Of a stretch of 64,000 bases of DNA, positions 47,482 through 62,100 are shown piece by piece. The DNA lies in contig JAPETS010000039.1 in assembly GCA_026023565.1 (NCBI GenBank), positions 1-64,000 of the forward strand. Direction: 5' to 3'. The notes beneath the pieces were generated by a model. It was not told the origin of the DNA. It did not search any database and worked only from the letters and a program-made list of their open reading frames with translations. The position numbers and the translations under genes were made by a program. The DNA is from Cirrosporium novae-zelandiae (Eukaryota). The first letter of the stretch is position 1; every line of letters starts with the position of its first letter.

Positions 47482-49647
47482 TTAACCTGCAACTTCACCG
47501 TTTGGATTTTCTCCATTTGCGCGAGCCCCACTTGCATATCTCTGCATAAAGGTGACATAGTCATACTTTGGCAGGTCCCTATCCTCTTGAAGATCCGGTC
47601 CTTTGTGTTCTGGCATGGTTTCTAATAGTTCCTCAATGATTTCATCTGGAATGAGTGAATGCCGTAGGTCGAGCTCAGTGACATATGGCTAAGAAAATGT
47701 TAGTTTTGCTTGTCCAAGGACCCATTCCAGCCGAGATATTGTTTTACGAAACTTACCTTCCCATCAGCCACCTCGCAGAAACTCTGGAACACTTGCTCCG
47801 CTGTATTTTGATCTTCCGTTACATCGACCATGAACCGAATAAACTGTTCAAAAGTAACATGGTCTCTGCTTTCGCTTGTTTCCAGGAACTTTTCGTGCAT
47901 TTCTTCTTCGTCGTAGACTAAGCCCAGACTCGCAAGTGCAGCGGAAAACTCAAGTTCTTGAAGAGAGTTACTACCATCACGGTCAAAGTGCCTAAATACA
48001 GATTCAAACTCTTCTAGTTGAATGGGGGTTAGATTTGTCATGTCTCGAGCGACCATCTGATTTTCTAAGAAAGCGTGCTTTTTTGCCACGTTCGTCTTTA
48101 CTAACCCCAGTTCATATTCCAATTCATCGTAGGTATATGTCGTAAAGTCATTTTCTTCAATGTTGGCTTCACGGCATTGATCATCGACATCGGCAATTGT
48201 ATCGAGATATGCTTCGAGCGGGGGAAGATTTTCCTTAAGTCGTTGAACATGGCGTAGCTGATCTTCAACGTCACCTTCCAAACCTGAAATGGCAAGTGAA
48301 AGGGTATTGAGAGTAAGTGCAAAGTCGTTCGCCTTATCAGCAAATGACCGTCTCAAGGCATTCTTAATGCTAGAAGGTATCAGCCATGGCGGTCTAGACG
48401 ATTGTGCTGTACTTACTCTCGGATTGTTTCATTGATGACTTGACTTCGATTTCGTTCCGCTGCCATCAAGTCCGCCCATACCTGATCCAAGGTTTCCAGG
48501 CTCAGCTCCGGTGGAGGTTCATATGGTCTGAGGCGATACGTATTCAGCTTAGTTTTGACATTCCCTAGCAAGGCCGCCAGATCTGCTTTCTCAGCAACCC
48601 ATTTGCGTTTCTCATGTCGTCTATAAGCGGAAAACTTAGCTGCTTGTTCCTTAGCATCACTATATGTGCCTTTGAATTCAGCTTCGTCCCATGCTTTTCG
48701 TTGAGCAGCAATCTGTCTCAACAACTCCTTCATTCTTTTTTCAAAATTATTCTGCATCTCCCAGGCCCCTTGCATGCTGGACACAAACTTCTCGACTCTC
48801 CGACCTGCATTTTCGACCCGCTCCATCTGGGAAAAGGCATGGAACCAATATGCAATGTAAGTCATCAAAGATCTTTCGTCTGGTTTTGCAACATCACAGA
48901 CATCTTCTACATCAAGAAGGTCAGGTATTCCAATTTCTTTGGATGCGAGATCGAAGGCCAATTGCATATTCCCTCGGTGGTCATTCTTATCCAAGGTATC
49001 ATAATCAATAAGATCAGGACGATGTATATCGAGCAATGCGCAGAATGCCAGGCCATCATTCCAACTTTGAGAGAAGTCTCGGATTTCAACTTCGTCATAG
49101 CAAGCGGTTTTTCTCTGACACCACAGCAGAAGACCTTCCTTTGCAGTCAAACCCTCTTCGTTGATGTCGCTGATTGTAAACCTCAGAATCAATGTCCATA
49201 TCAGTCCCAATATAATTCTTCTATTTCCATCGACGACATCTTCCGCTCCAATATTGGTCATCTGAATGCCCCGCGACTTGATAAAATCCAAACTCTTGTT
49301 GACATTTTCAAACCGTTGAACCCGAAGTTTCGGTTTGGAGGCATATCGACCAAGGGACTCGTTTCCGAGGACTTCAAGTAGATGGATGAGGATAACCTAG
49401 TGGTAGGTCAATATGCGGCCAAAGTTTGACCTCGCGGGAAGCTTACACCGTCTGAAAGGTCCTTGACGAGGTCATTCACTGCAACTTTCCGTATTTTGAT
49501 TTTATTATTGAGCCTACACACGTATGAGCACCGGAAGGGATTCCAGTAAAATAATGCTAAATAGTTAAGGGTAATTGGATGCAGTGCCTACCATTTAGTA
49601 AAGGTCTTTTGTTGCAGAGCCACCCATCTCTCATCTAGCAAAGCCAT
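47482..49647 (-). CDS. Alpha-actinin (Ain1-like; ~640 aa), 5 exons
   Basis: Exons 49647-49592, 49513-49447, 49396-48417, 48369-47757, 47688-47482. CH1 QQKTFTKW, CH2 LLLWCQRKT...WNDGLAF...PDERS, spectrin-like repeats, EF-hand FDRDGSNSLQELEF. Confidence 0.95.
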
Positions 49648-50225
49648 GGTCTAAATAAAGGCTCTCTCATGAGCTAAGGTTTGATGCAAAGGCACACACA
49701 ATAAATATCATTCAACACAAAAGAGTATACCCGAAACACCGGAAAGCAGAAGATAGAAGAAGATCTTTTGGCCTTTGGGTAGTGGGTGGTGGGTTTGGTG
49801 CTGTGCTGATTTTGGCCGAACTTGTTGCTTCTTTAAGGGGTAAGCCTCCAACGTCAACAAACCGGGGCTATTTGGAAACCACAGTGACCAATCGCAATGA
49901 CCAACGGAGCCCGCCCTTTGCTTCGAAAGGAATGGCAAGCCCTTGAAAACTCCACACCATTAATCAAACAACTCATCAGACATTCACTAACTACATATTC
50001 TATTTCGATCTTGTTTATTCCGTCACGTTTCCAAGACACTTTCAAGATCCAGCGCCATCTACTTTCTAGAACGAAACAAGGAATGTTTATAATGTATCTT
50101 TCATTCTTCTATTACAGATCTATTTTCCATCTAGGAAAAACAAACCACTCGCTGATTTCCGAAACCCTTAAAACCAATTCATTACTCATAACGCATATGT
50201 CTGGTCTCCAAGCCATAGCAATTAA

Positions 50226-51131
50226 CTAGTTCTTCACGGCCTCAACGATAGCCCCGTCGGCTCCTTCGTCTAGCGCATCCAACTTCTCCATGTCCAACTC
50301 GGTGATTTCAAAGCCGAACACGTCAGCATTCTCCGCGATTCGTTCTGGGTGTTCACTCTTTGGCAATGGTACCCATCCTTTCTGCAGAGAATATCGGATC
50401 AGGATTTGTGCGGTGGTGACGGAATATTTCTTAGCGAGAGCCACAAGGGTTGGATCTTTGGCTTTTTGGTTGCGGACCAGCGGACAATATGCTTCAACAA
50501 TAATTCCATTGTTCATGCAATAATCGACAATCTCACGTTGCTGGCACCATGGATGAAGCTATTTGGTCTTACATCAATATGCAGGGACATGCTAGTTTCA
50601 AGGTCCAAATCTTACCTCGATCTGATTGACATGTGGTGGCCAAATTTTGGCATAGTTTTTCATTTCCTCGATATGTTGGATACCATAATTACTCACTCCA
50701 ATACTTCGAACCTTTCCTTCGTCGACCAGCTGCTCCAAGGCCAGCCATGCCTCCTTACGATGCGCCTTGCCACCTGAAGGGGTGTGAATTAAAAATAAAT
50801 CCACATAGCCACCTTCATCAATCTTCCAGACACTGTCGACACAGGTTTGATATGTAGCTGCAGGCGATCCAGTGGCTTGCATAATCTTGGTGGTGATGAA
50901 GACCTTTTGGCGCGGAATATGCGATTTGTGGACAGCCTCACCAACCTCCCTTTCATTGGAATATAATTCAGCAGAGTCGATATGACGGTAGCCATGTTTT
51001 AGGGCAGCGAGAGTAGCCGAGGCACAAACATCGCCGGTAGCTTTGTAGACGCCAAACCCAAGACGAGGGATTTTGACAGGGGAATTGGGGAGATGGAGGA
51101 CATCGTTGATGGTGAGCTTCTTGATCGACAT
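50226..51131 (-). CDS. Aldo-keto reductase (~282 aa), 2 exons
   Basis: Exons 51131-50616 and 50558-50226. Motifs LGFGVY, GYRHIDSAELY, FITTK, DLFLIH, IGVSNY, NQIELHP, AYCPL, PLPKS...RIAEN. Confidence 0.93.
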
Positions 51132-54100
51132 GATGTTGGATTGATGAAATGTTGGAAAGTAGCTAGTTCAAGGTAGAGGCAATGGGAGTACAAGATATTA
51201 AAGTAGATCCGGTAGTACTACTAGCTCTGTAAAAGTAGATGAATGGAAAAGTTGGGGACAACAGGCCCTTGTTAAAGGGAATTGCTGGAACCAATTGACA
51301 TTTTTCAGGGGAAGCAATTATGAGATCTAGACCGTCAAAAAATTTCTCTTCTTCGTGCTCTTGCCGCTTGGTGAGTGGGGAGGTTGTATTTTAGCAGATG
51401 AACGATGGATGGATATCTAGCTGTTCTGGAGCAGGCGGGGTAATTGGGTTCTGTGGTTTATCCTTGTATAATCATGCCGACGAGGGTCGTTGATACGTAT
51501 GTGCCACATTCTAATTTTTACTATGACTAACTCCACAAACAGAATAATCTTGTCACCAAACAGGAATTAGTCAATTAACCTACTGCATTCTGAGCCCATT
51601 AGTTTTACTATTGAAAACCTTTTTATATGAAATCGCATGACTCTATAGAGGTCGTGAGCATCTATACTGGCTATTGTTGTAAAATGGAGAAAATAAGAGA
51701 TAACAGATACACAACACAGAACACAGTCGAGCTCCCATTTGCTGCCTGGTGCTGCCTGGTCCTTGATGTCTGGACTCCAACGTATCTACGCGCTATCTAC
51801 CTTGGTATCTAGGTAATTATGTAACCTCCTCCATCCAATGTCATTTCGTCATTTCTTTTTGTTTTGATGATAAGCATGGAGATTCGATAGCTATGGCATC
51901 AATGTACAATCACTACAGCTTTTCTATGTCTAGCTCTGCTAAATTTCTCTTCTCTTGGTTTAGCTTCATCTCATTGAACTGTTCAGTGTTATTAATTGCT
52001 TATATCTTGAACCACTCCTCTAATGTCTTCGTATCCCTTTTTGATAAATTACATGAAAATCTATCTCTTGAAACGACTACTAATCCCAGCTCCAATCATA
52101 TTTCTGTCTCAGATTAACTTGTCACCCTCGAAGACCCTGAAAACATGTTCCCCTCGTTTGTTTTCAATTAGAAACAATTTCATTGCTTATACTCACTAAA
52201 TTTTTTCCACTTTAACTGGATTCCCAAACTTAATTTTGTTGTCCTACTACCCATAGACGCTCGATGACGTGGACGACAACTATTGGCGATATCTTCTTTC
52301 TTCTCATGAAGTAGGCTATCGCTTTCAACTCGAATATAACGGATAGTGGAGCTCATCATGCAACTAGGGTGGCCCCAGATGACTGGGAGAAATCTTGAAG
52401 ATAGTTCATTTGCGACTGCAGCTCTGTTGAAATGCATCCACCGATTTCCCCTGCTTATAAGTATAATCTGCCCTGACACGCCCATTACTTTAATTACCAG
52501 CAAAAAATTTGACCCTGGTCCTTGAGAAGATGTTATTACGACGTATCATCTATTGAATGATGTCTTGGTTTCGGCAATTGATAAATACTGTCCGGGAACA
52601 TTGCTTTTTTCATCAAGGAAAGCTTCAGCCATGGTACCTAAGAATTGAAAGATACGGTACTTACAGGCTGATAGAATAGACTTTAAAGCTCAGGGGGATA
52701 CTCGGCTACCAAAAGGAATGTTTGTCCTATGCCCTATAGTCAAATTTAATTAGGGGAAATAGGAAAGGGGATGTTCTACAACTGCAGGTAGAAGCGATTT
52801 GTAGTGTGGACATGGTAGGCATAACATCTCAATACGGCAAGTCTCGATAATGATAAAAAAAGAGCATGAAGATGTTGTAGAGTTGGATTCCGTTACTCCT
52901 TGCAGATGCGAAACACCCTGCCGAGACGAGTCTCAAAAATTTGGACTGAGAATTTACAGTTCATGGTTGCAGGGCAGTTGAGAAGATTGCGAAATATGTC
53001 GAGTCCCATGATACTTTTGAGAAAACCGGAATGGTGTGGTAGAGAAAACCCGCAAACTCAAAGTTATGCGGAAATTCGTGGAGAAGTATGGAGAATGTGA
53101 ACTTACTGGCGTCGCAGATGGAGGAATACCCTTGTTTGCTATGAACATGTTCAGTTCCATGCTTTAGACTTTGCTGTTCTGTCAATCCACAGAATTTTTC
53201 CTACGGATACAACGAGTCTATTTGGTGCTCACCCTCGGCATATAATCCATTTTTTTATGATCGATCCTGTCTATACCACTTTGTCCGGACCGTTATCGGT
53301 TTCGTTTCCTAGTCTTGTATCCCTGAATGCCTACGGGGGAAAGTGATACTGAGTACTTTACACTCTCCTGGATATCCAAACAATGGGAATCTGGGGTTTG
53401 TGAGAGGTATTGGTATTAATTGATGTTGAGTTGTTAGTCAAGTAATGTCTTGGGCGCTTTACCAGATTTGGGCGAAGTTTCTCAAAAGGGTTGATGGTGG
53501 ACGTGGCGGCTAAAGCGGCCATAGAGGTTACTCTTGCATTCGGGGAAACCGGGTTCGAAGTGAAGAGTTAAAAAACTCCAGTCTTCCATGTCCTAAATTC
53601 CAGTACCGCAACTTGGCGGAGTAACGTTCAATTTTTTTAACAATCTGGGACTGTATTGAAACGTTCCCAGCAGACTTGAACCAGCTTTCTAGCCTTCAGT
53701 TGTTACATGCTACAAAGAACTCGCTCGGTCTGTGAAAGAAGGCCTATTGTCAATCTCATGTAAACGGAAAAAGCAGCAACCAGAGGAGAAAGCATAGGTT
53801 GTTTAATATGAACAGTAAAGTCGGCGGACAATAAGCTGACAGAGAAAATATGAGGCTGATTGTAAGGCGGGATGCTTTGAGAGTTGGAAGTTAATACGGA
53901 AGACAGAAAGGTCATCCCCGGTCAATGATAGCTACTCGCAAATTGAGAAGGTGGTATGATTTAGCAAAGTGATCGGCTTCGTTTCAAGGCATGACGGTCG
54001 TTGGGGCAGGTAATTCTCAAGATTGTTTAAACTAGGGGAGACGCATAGCCTACATCCGAGCCTTGGTGAGTAAAGACTAAATAATATTCCATGACTGGAG

Positions 54101-57100
54101 AATTTGTAGAAGTAAATACCTAGGTAAATACCTAGGTAAGTAGGTAGATATTGTAATCCCACCGGACGGCCATGATGGAGTTGCAATCTCCGATGCCGGG
54201 AAAGATATCAAACTCTAACAAATCCAAACAAAAAAAAAACATCTCCACGACGATAAAAACATGGTGGAGCAAAATATTCTTTCCATTACTAATATCCTAT
54301 GCCACCATCGAAGCTTTGCAGCATGCATTTGAAGTTCTTGGACAAATAGGAATGTCGCCTTTTCATGCTTTTGGGTTTTGTTTGACATGTTCGTGCGAGA
54401 ATGTTATTGTTCCTAGGATTGTATTTGCTTTTGCTTAATCCTCTTTACTGCTATGGAGCCTTTTATTATTTACTTCTTTCATCTCAAGAAACCTTGACTA
54501 GCGGACCCGTCTCATTCTCGCGAAGCTGCACGGCTCTTGCAGAGCTCCATTATGGATATCTATCCTCAGGTCCAACTTTCGCTTCAGTAGGATTCGTGAT
54601 AATACTCTTCTATTGGTAACTATTATCCGGTCTCTATCAACAACGGCCCAGAACCGTCTGTATTGATGGTTCTTCCGTGTTTATTGCTTTTCTCATGATT
54701 CCCGAGCCGATGCAAACCAAGATATTTCTCGTCTCGCCCACTCGCATTTCTTTTTATGAATGCCGATTTGGCCCCAACAATGGACCGCGAGCAAAGTTGA
54801 ATATACTATGTCAACTTAAACCGGTTTCGGTGCCAAAGAGGAGACCAGGGTACCCAGAAACTACATGCCGAGCCTACTCGGAAAGACTTGTCTTTGCAAC
54901 TGCGTCTCCTATAGTACACTAGAATAGGCCGCTATCATTGCTATCATCAACGCGACATACGCCGAGGAAGTTTGCGAGATTCCAGACCTTTTGCGCAAAC
55001 TACAGCTAGAAAATGAGAGTCCGAAGCAAAAGATTGATGGCAGGTGTTTGCAGTAGTGTTCAGTCTACGACACTACTTGATCCCTATAATTGCTTCATTC
55101 CTATTACCCCATGACTATTATACCGACCTTCCAAATCTTAAACCCTTCCTAACTAGCTCTAAAGGTAAAAGACAGATTCCAATCGTTTTGAATCCCATCA
55201 ATCTACAAACTTATTCGGAATCTGGTGTTATTGCTTTGGCGTTCTTGCTGATGCTGACTCTCCTTGGCCCCCAAAGCCTATCTAGAGCCAGGTATGCCAG
55301 GCACGCCAGGGTCTAGAAAAAAAAAACAAATTAGACCCCCCGAAAGTAAAAGAAGAGGCTTAAAAGATACTACTGAGTTGGTATTCCCTCTCTCAGATGA
55401 TAACGAAACTAACCAGACTCTAGATTCCATTAGAACCGGAAGCGATGGCTCGAAAGGATGGAGAAAAAAGGTGGGGGTTTTCCTAGGCTTGGATAATGAA
55501 TCATGATAAAAAAAACCTCATATGAACCATGGTTGCTTTTTGAGGGGTGGCGTTGACGGCCAAGGTCCAAGCACTTTCAGCTTGAATGCTCGGCAGTCCG
55601 ACCATAGTATTTGGCCTAGGGCAGCCCGTGACACCCAACCCTATCGGGGCAAGAAACCCCCGACCTTAGGGGTCAGCCACCGAACAACGTCAAAAGACAT
55701 TCACCACCCCTACATACTTTGTAGCACATTCAACAATTGGAAGGACCGATTCCAGCATGAAGAACCTTTGGGCTTTGATGTTGTCCTCAACCTCTATGGC
55801 GATAAGCAGAACCAACAGCAAAGATAGCCCGACAGCACAAAATACAAAGTACAAAATAACCCAAAATGTTATATCTTAAACACTTTCAGGCTAAACGCCA
55901 TACAAAACAAGGAAGCGATGCAAAGTCAATTGAAAAAGCTCGGATGGGTTCGTCCTTTGATGGAATTTGACTTTTTCAATGGTTTTCAATGGCACCCGTC
56001 ATTATGCGTCATGTACAAACCTTGCCGGTCTCAATAACTCTCCCACCAATTCAACAATTTTTCCTTTGATCCAAACTCGAAAATTCCCCCTCAGGCCAAC
56101 ATGCCCCAGCGTAATATAAGCCTTTCTCCACACTTTTCATCAAAAAGAAATTAATTCTCTTCTATCATTTAAGTCTGGTAGTCCGCAAAAGCCCTGTTTA
56201 TGCCTCGGTCTATCATGCATACCATATCCGCGTTTCGGCTCCGCGACGCTACTCGAGAATGGGAGAAGGAAACCAATGGGACGGAATTTAATACCAAAAT
56301 GGAATCCAGAAAGTCAAGAGGATACGTACAAACACCCCTGCGGAAAACCCAGCTTTGGAATGGGGTCTTTTACAAGGCCCCGAAGCCTGCTGCTATCGTG
56401 GTGAAGCAGGGGTAACTTCCAACGAGATGTTTCTTTGGTGGTAATGGAGATGAGCTTTATATGTGGGTGATGGGGGGCATCTATGAAAGAGCAATCGAAC
56501 AATGCACGTGATGGGGTTTACTTTTATGGATAACGAATATGCTTATATTAAGCATGTCTTGTTAACTGGCCACTATATCAAGCAAAAGGGACGACCTACA
56601 TCCAAAGACCCTTCTTTGAACGAATACAGTCCCCCCATCGCGAGCATATTTACACGGTAAGACTCTCAATAATAATTTAACAATCCACCCTTCTCTTCAA
56701 AATGCTCCCACTAACTCTTATACTAGATACCCTCCCTCCATCTCCCTAGAGGAATAACCCCCCCCCACAGCAACCAAGACTACACCCAAAATCACCGAAC
56801 CCCCCGATCTCAGAAATCGGAAGTCCAGTAAGGCACATTAAACACACCGAGAGAACTAAAACATATCACCCCAACTGCTCTACCGTACTACCAAATAAGC
56901 AAGCAAGCAAACACATCCAAAATACCAATTGATCCAGTCCACCTATTCTCCCTACGGGTAAGGAACTTATTACGAAGTGCATATTTGTTAGCCAAAGGTC
57001 CTAAGAGAAAGCTGTCTTGCCTTATCTACCTACACACAATGCACCTATTTCCACGCCTGCCTATATTCTCTATACCGTATAGACAAGATCGGCACTTCTC

Positions 57101-57407
57101 AGACTCCCCAAAAGATATATATAATATACCACCCATCCCTCATCCCCATCCTTATATCCGTCTCTAATATCTGTTTCTCCCGACCCAGTCCGAATGAAAC
57201 AAAAGGGTTTATTCCATTTGTTGTAACCCAGGAGAAGAGGACCTAGAGGAAAGAAAAGAAACAAAAATATTTTTTTTGGTTATATTTAGGGGGATTCAGA
57301 TGTACATGTATAAAAATGCTTTTGGTTATATATCCATCTACCCCATACGTGCGTGTGTTACAGTAAGAGGAAAGGAAGGAAAGGTGAAAACAAAGAAAAG
57401 GAAGCAA

Positions 57408-57465
57408 AGAAAACGAAAAAGAAAACGAAAAAGAAAACGAAAAAGAAAACGAAAGAAAAAGAAAA
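57408..57465. repeat. Purine-rich tandem repeat (AGAAAACGAAAA)n
   Basis: About 4 copies of the 12-mer read directly. Confidence 0.8.
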
Positions 57466-58342
57466 ATATAAACCAAGTTCTTAAAATCAAATCAAATCAA
57501 TCTGATAATTTTATTCACGTTTTTTGAGGTTCCTATCCCCCTCCTTTTTTTGCTTCTATCCCTTCTCTCCCTTCATGTATATATATATATATATCCATGG
57601 CTAGCTAGCTAGCTAGCTTAACCCCTACTTCCCCACTCTAACCTAGGTACAGTACTTACTCACCGTATCACCTATCCCATCCATCCCCATCCCCCTACTT
57701 TACTTCCTTTATATAAAACCCAGCTGCTTCAAAAAAAAAAAAGGAAAGGAAAGGAAAGGAAAGAGAAATTATATAGTTAGTTAGGTAGGAGAGGTAGGAG
57801 TTAGGTGGGTAGGTAGGTAGGTGGGTGGGTTCTATTGATATAGATATTAATATGGATATGGATAGGTGTCCTAGATTGAGGGTTTTATTGGGAGAGAAGA
57901 GAAGAGGAGAGGAGAGTATTGAATTTCTTTTTAAGAAAACGAAATAATAATATTTAATGCAATACAATCCAAAAAAGCTCCCCCCAAAATCCCCTATAGA
58001 AATTTCCACTTCCATAAAAATTCTTTTTTTTAATTACTATAGTTAACGAAGTAGTAAGCTAGTTAAGTATAAACAAGATAATACAAATGGGGCTAGAAAT
58101 ACGTGGGGGGGGGGGGAAGGGTAATAATAGTGGGGTTGTTCGGTTCGTACTGTGTAAATGAAAATGTAAATGTGGGAAGGGCGCGCGCGTGTGTGTGTGT
58201 GGTTCCATTCATCCAAATTTAATGTAATACAAATACCAACCATCCCGATTCGATTTGATAAACCCATCAAACAAGCTAAATGAATTAATTAAAAGGAGAG
58301 AAAAACATTGCCTCCTTACCCCAGCCATTCATTCACAGATTT

Positions 58343-59188
58343 TTAGAGCCCAATATTCGACACAACGCCTCTGGCCATGCCCGTAGCATCGGATTTCCTA
58401 CCTATGTCTCCTCCTCCTACTTCGAACCCTAGCGGCGACTTGGGAGTAGTGAGCTTTCGCTCGCGGCTGTGGATGGTTTGGATGTCAGTAGTGGTTTGTC
58501 TTCGTTGTTGCTGGGGGGATCTTGGTCTTGGTTGTTTTTGGTTTTGTTGGTTTTGTTGTTGCTGTTGTTGTGCTCCCTTTTTCTCTCCTCCTCCGTCTTC
58601 ATTCTTCTGGTCCCCTAATGGAGTTCCATTCAACCCCCCCGAAAATTGTTTTTTTAGCGAATCCCCCATCGGTTTATGGATCCCCGGCACGTCTTTCTGA
58701 TTAAACCACTTTAGGATATAATAAGTGCCCAGCCCCCACAACCAGACAAACGCCGCGGCCGTGGTGGTTAGAAATAACGTTGGTAGTAAAACGAGAAGTG
58801 CGATTCCGACGCAGAACGCCGTAAACAGCAGAGCGCCAAGCAAGCCGATGAGCAAGCCGGCGATGATACTGAAGACGAAGACGCCAATGGTCATGACGAT
58901 GAAGAGGGCGAGCGGGATTCCCGAGATGGCGATCTGGGAGAGGAGGAAGGAGGCCAGCTTGGGTTTTTCGGTTGCGAATTCTGTCAGTTTGGCGTAGAAT
59001 TCCTGGCGCTTGGAGGGGGGGAAGAAGCGGTCCAGGATTGATTGGCCCGTGTTCAGGAGGTTGTTCAGGCCGCCGTGGAGTGCGGATGTCATTAGCATTA
59101 GGTTGCTGCTGCCTACTTGGGAGGCGATGTTTGATGGGATGTTGGAGGCCGTTTCGGTCGCTGTGGTTGTCGCTGTTGCGGTTGCCAT
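58343..59188 (-). CDS. Promethin/LDAF1 (Ldo45-like) lipid-droplet protein (~281 aa)
   Basis: Long, almost uninterrupted hydrophobic stretch ASFLLSQIAISGIPLALFIVMTIG...LLVLLPTLFLTTTAAAFVWLWGLGTYYIL typical of the family. Start set at ATG 59188 (MATATA). Confidence 0.75.
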   Translation of the reverse strand: MATATATTTATETASNIPSNIASQVGSSNLMLMTSALHGGLNNLLNTGQSILDRFFPPSKRQEFYAKLTEFATEKPKLASFLLSQIAISGIPLALFIVMTIGVFVFSIIAGLLIGLLGALLFTAFCVGIALLVLLPTLFLTTTAAAFVWLWGLGTYYILKWFNQKDVPGIHKPMGDSLKKQFSGGLNGTPLGDQKNEDGGGEKKGAQQQQQQNQQNQKQPRPRSPQQQRRQTTTDIQTIHSRERKLTTPKSPLGFEVGGGDIGRKSDATGMARGVVSNIGL

Positions 59189-62100
59189 GATGGATAGATA
59201 GAAAGATGGTGGGTGAATTGGGTTGGGTTGGAAATGAGGATTGGATTTGATGTATGTGCCACCAAGTAATGAGGTAGAGTATCGGGTTATCTCTCTCTGT
59301 CTCTCTGTCTCTCTTTTTCTTTCTCTAGATGTAAGTTGCGACGAACGAACTTCGAGTTCCCTTGACGAAATACCCAATATATTGATATTCAACGAAAAAA
59401 AAGAAAAGCGACCACACAGTATCTCAAAACAGCTTGGGGAAAAAGAACACGGAAGAAATCCTGGAGGTCAAGAAAATGAAAGGAGGAATCTCATGATTCT
59501 GCAAAATAAGGTATTGAGAACAAATGTTGATGTTGGTGTTCATCCGATAATTAGAACATTTTCGATGCCTTTGATTGTTTTCTCCCCTCTGAAACCTGTT
59601 GCTGTGAAGGGATCTGCATGACGTTTGTTTACGCCACGGATTAAACAGAGGGTGATGCCACGACTTGGCAGGGATTCCTTCCTTCGGGACATGGGCTGGC
59701 GATGAACCAAAGGGCTACTGTAGCTATTGGAACTACCGTGCATTTACGTTGGTAATTTATATCGTACCAAGCATTTATACAAGTATGATAGCAATGACGT
59801 GTCGAGGAGTCATTTATCTTTTCACACAAGTTCCTCAAGAGTTTAAGTGGCATCACTTGTCAAGCTCTCATCCATGAGAAAAAAAAGACTTGACTAGAAT
59901 TCCTGGACAGGGAAGTCGGTTCCTCAGCCAATAATAAATCCTTTAACTGTCTCTCGCTTACTTTCCCACTAAATATTTTGGTTATAGTTCCAATTACGAG
60001 CCGTTTATTCAACCATCCCATCCAACCGATGGTGCATGCGCCCCATCCAAGGCGTCTCGATGGTCTAGTTGGTTATGACGGCGGTCTCATATTGAATTGA
60101 TCTGATCAAGCTTAGCTTTGAAAAATCCGCAGGTCGCCAGTTCGATCCTGGCTCGGGACAAGTTTTTTGCTCATGGTGTTCCTCTTGTACTGTGCGTAGT
60201 ACAAGGGGAATTGTTTTTAGCAAGGTTTGCTTGTGTGTCGGAGGTTAGAGGTGGCACAAGGGGTTGTCGAGGATGCATTTTTGAACCATTACAAAGATTT
60301 TCTGGCCATTTTCTTCTCTACATTAATTGATATTTTCAGTTATTAAACTATCCGTTACGACTCTTTCTTTGCTAATAAACAGCTAGATACCTAAGTATCT
60401 ATTACTTAATTAGTACGGACCTTTCAATTTCCCTACTTGGCTGGGAGAACCGCTCTCCAAAATGTCATCTCGCGATTTGGCTAAATTCAGAGCCGGCAGA
60501 CCATTGACAATACTCTCGTGGCTTTGGGCCTGACCACATTGCTTGACATGTTTCCATTCCACGACCCTTCCGATCATGTCCAACATAGAAGTCTATTAAT
60601 ACGGGCCTAGCTCCATAGTCGAGACTATTGACCTGTTGGAAGGCGGGTACGTACAAGGTATCACGAGCTCACTCAGGAGGAGTGCAAAATTGTGCGGCGA
60701 GGGGAGCGACGAATCGCTAATTAGGATGCAAAATGCATACACGAAAATATCTGTGTCATGCCAGTGTTGGATGCGATGCCTGAGCCGTGTTGAGAATGCT
60801 AGTCTTTCATCGATCTTGTACTGGTGGACAATGTGTATGTGTGTTTATGGTGAGAATTATTGCATGCCTTGTTGGTTGACAAAGATGCAGTGAAAACCCT
60901 CAGTTTCAGACTGGCAGCGAGCCTCTGATATATCAGTAATATCATGTGGAATGTGCTGGCTTGATGATGATGATGATGATGATTCATTTTATTGTCCACA
61001 TATCGCTTACGTGCTGTTTTGATAACGTTCTAGAATTTAGTCAAATGTCTACTAATTGACAAAACACAGCTCGCCGATAGTGCTTTTCAAGTGATCGAGG
61101 AACGTTTTAGTGATGGTATAAGCCACATTATTTTGGTCACTCACCATTGTTCTGGTCCTGTCGCTGGTCACACATGTTCTGCAAAATAATGTCTCAACTC
61201 TAGAAGAAAGGCTTGTTATTTCTGCTGCTTAAATGTCGGGGAGGTCTCCAGGTAAACCGAACAACTAACAAATCTTACATTAGTTATGCAACACTTTCCT
61301 GCCCATCTAGGCCTTTCTGTCAACTTGGGGGAATCATTCTGAACGGAATCAAGATACCTTTCACGCATTAGCTATGTTTGATGCAACCATGTGGACTTGG
61401 TAATTAATGAAAACAATTATCTAGCTTCTGGGCCTGAATGTTTTGGGAATAGAAATCAAGTAACTTGGCTCACGGTTGTGCGTTTTGACCAGAAATACCG
61501 ACATCAAAAGCTGATCCTTGAAGAAAATGAAAATCTAGAATGACCAATTCATCTACGACATGTTCGTGTTGCTCTTCCCTGGGGCCTATTGTCTAAGCTG
61601 TCGATCGTTGCAGAAAATAAAAGTATCCAATCCTTCATCAAGATCCTCTCCTCTATACAGGGAATACCCGATGCTCAGATGGAAGTTTATTGCTCTATTT
61701 ACATACTAATACGCACAAATTGCACTTGTCATTACAGACAAGCAAACGACCCTTCAATCTAATATCAATTCCAGCCTTAAGATTTAACTCAACAAACCCA
61801 TTGTTACTTTCGCCATGTTTCCCACGAACATGATTGAGCGAGAAGCCTTGGCTCCCTCTTCAGGTGGACGCCATCAAGGTTACGCCTTCAAGGTAACATT
61901 AAAATTTCTGCCTTAATTATAGATGGCTTTTACGCTGGGTCTTAGGATATTCTCTTGGACCTCCTGAACCCTTAGATGTGGTTATTACTGATTGTACACA
62001 TAAATATGGCTTGCAGGGGGCGGGAAACGATGGCTTACACCTTTACAACTTCCCCTCCGATTTCCACCCAGCGACAAAATCCGTGGTTGGTAAGGATCCC

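Noticed and set aside
48614..49381. 255-aa plus-strand ORF
   Set aside because: Antisense shadow of alpha-actinin exon 3 with no recognisable motifs.
57243..57527. Poly-KR and poly-SF ORFs
   Set aside because: Translations of a 12-mer purine-rich tandem repeat.
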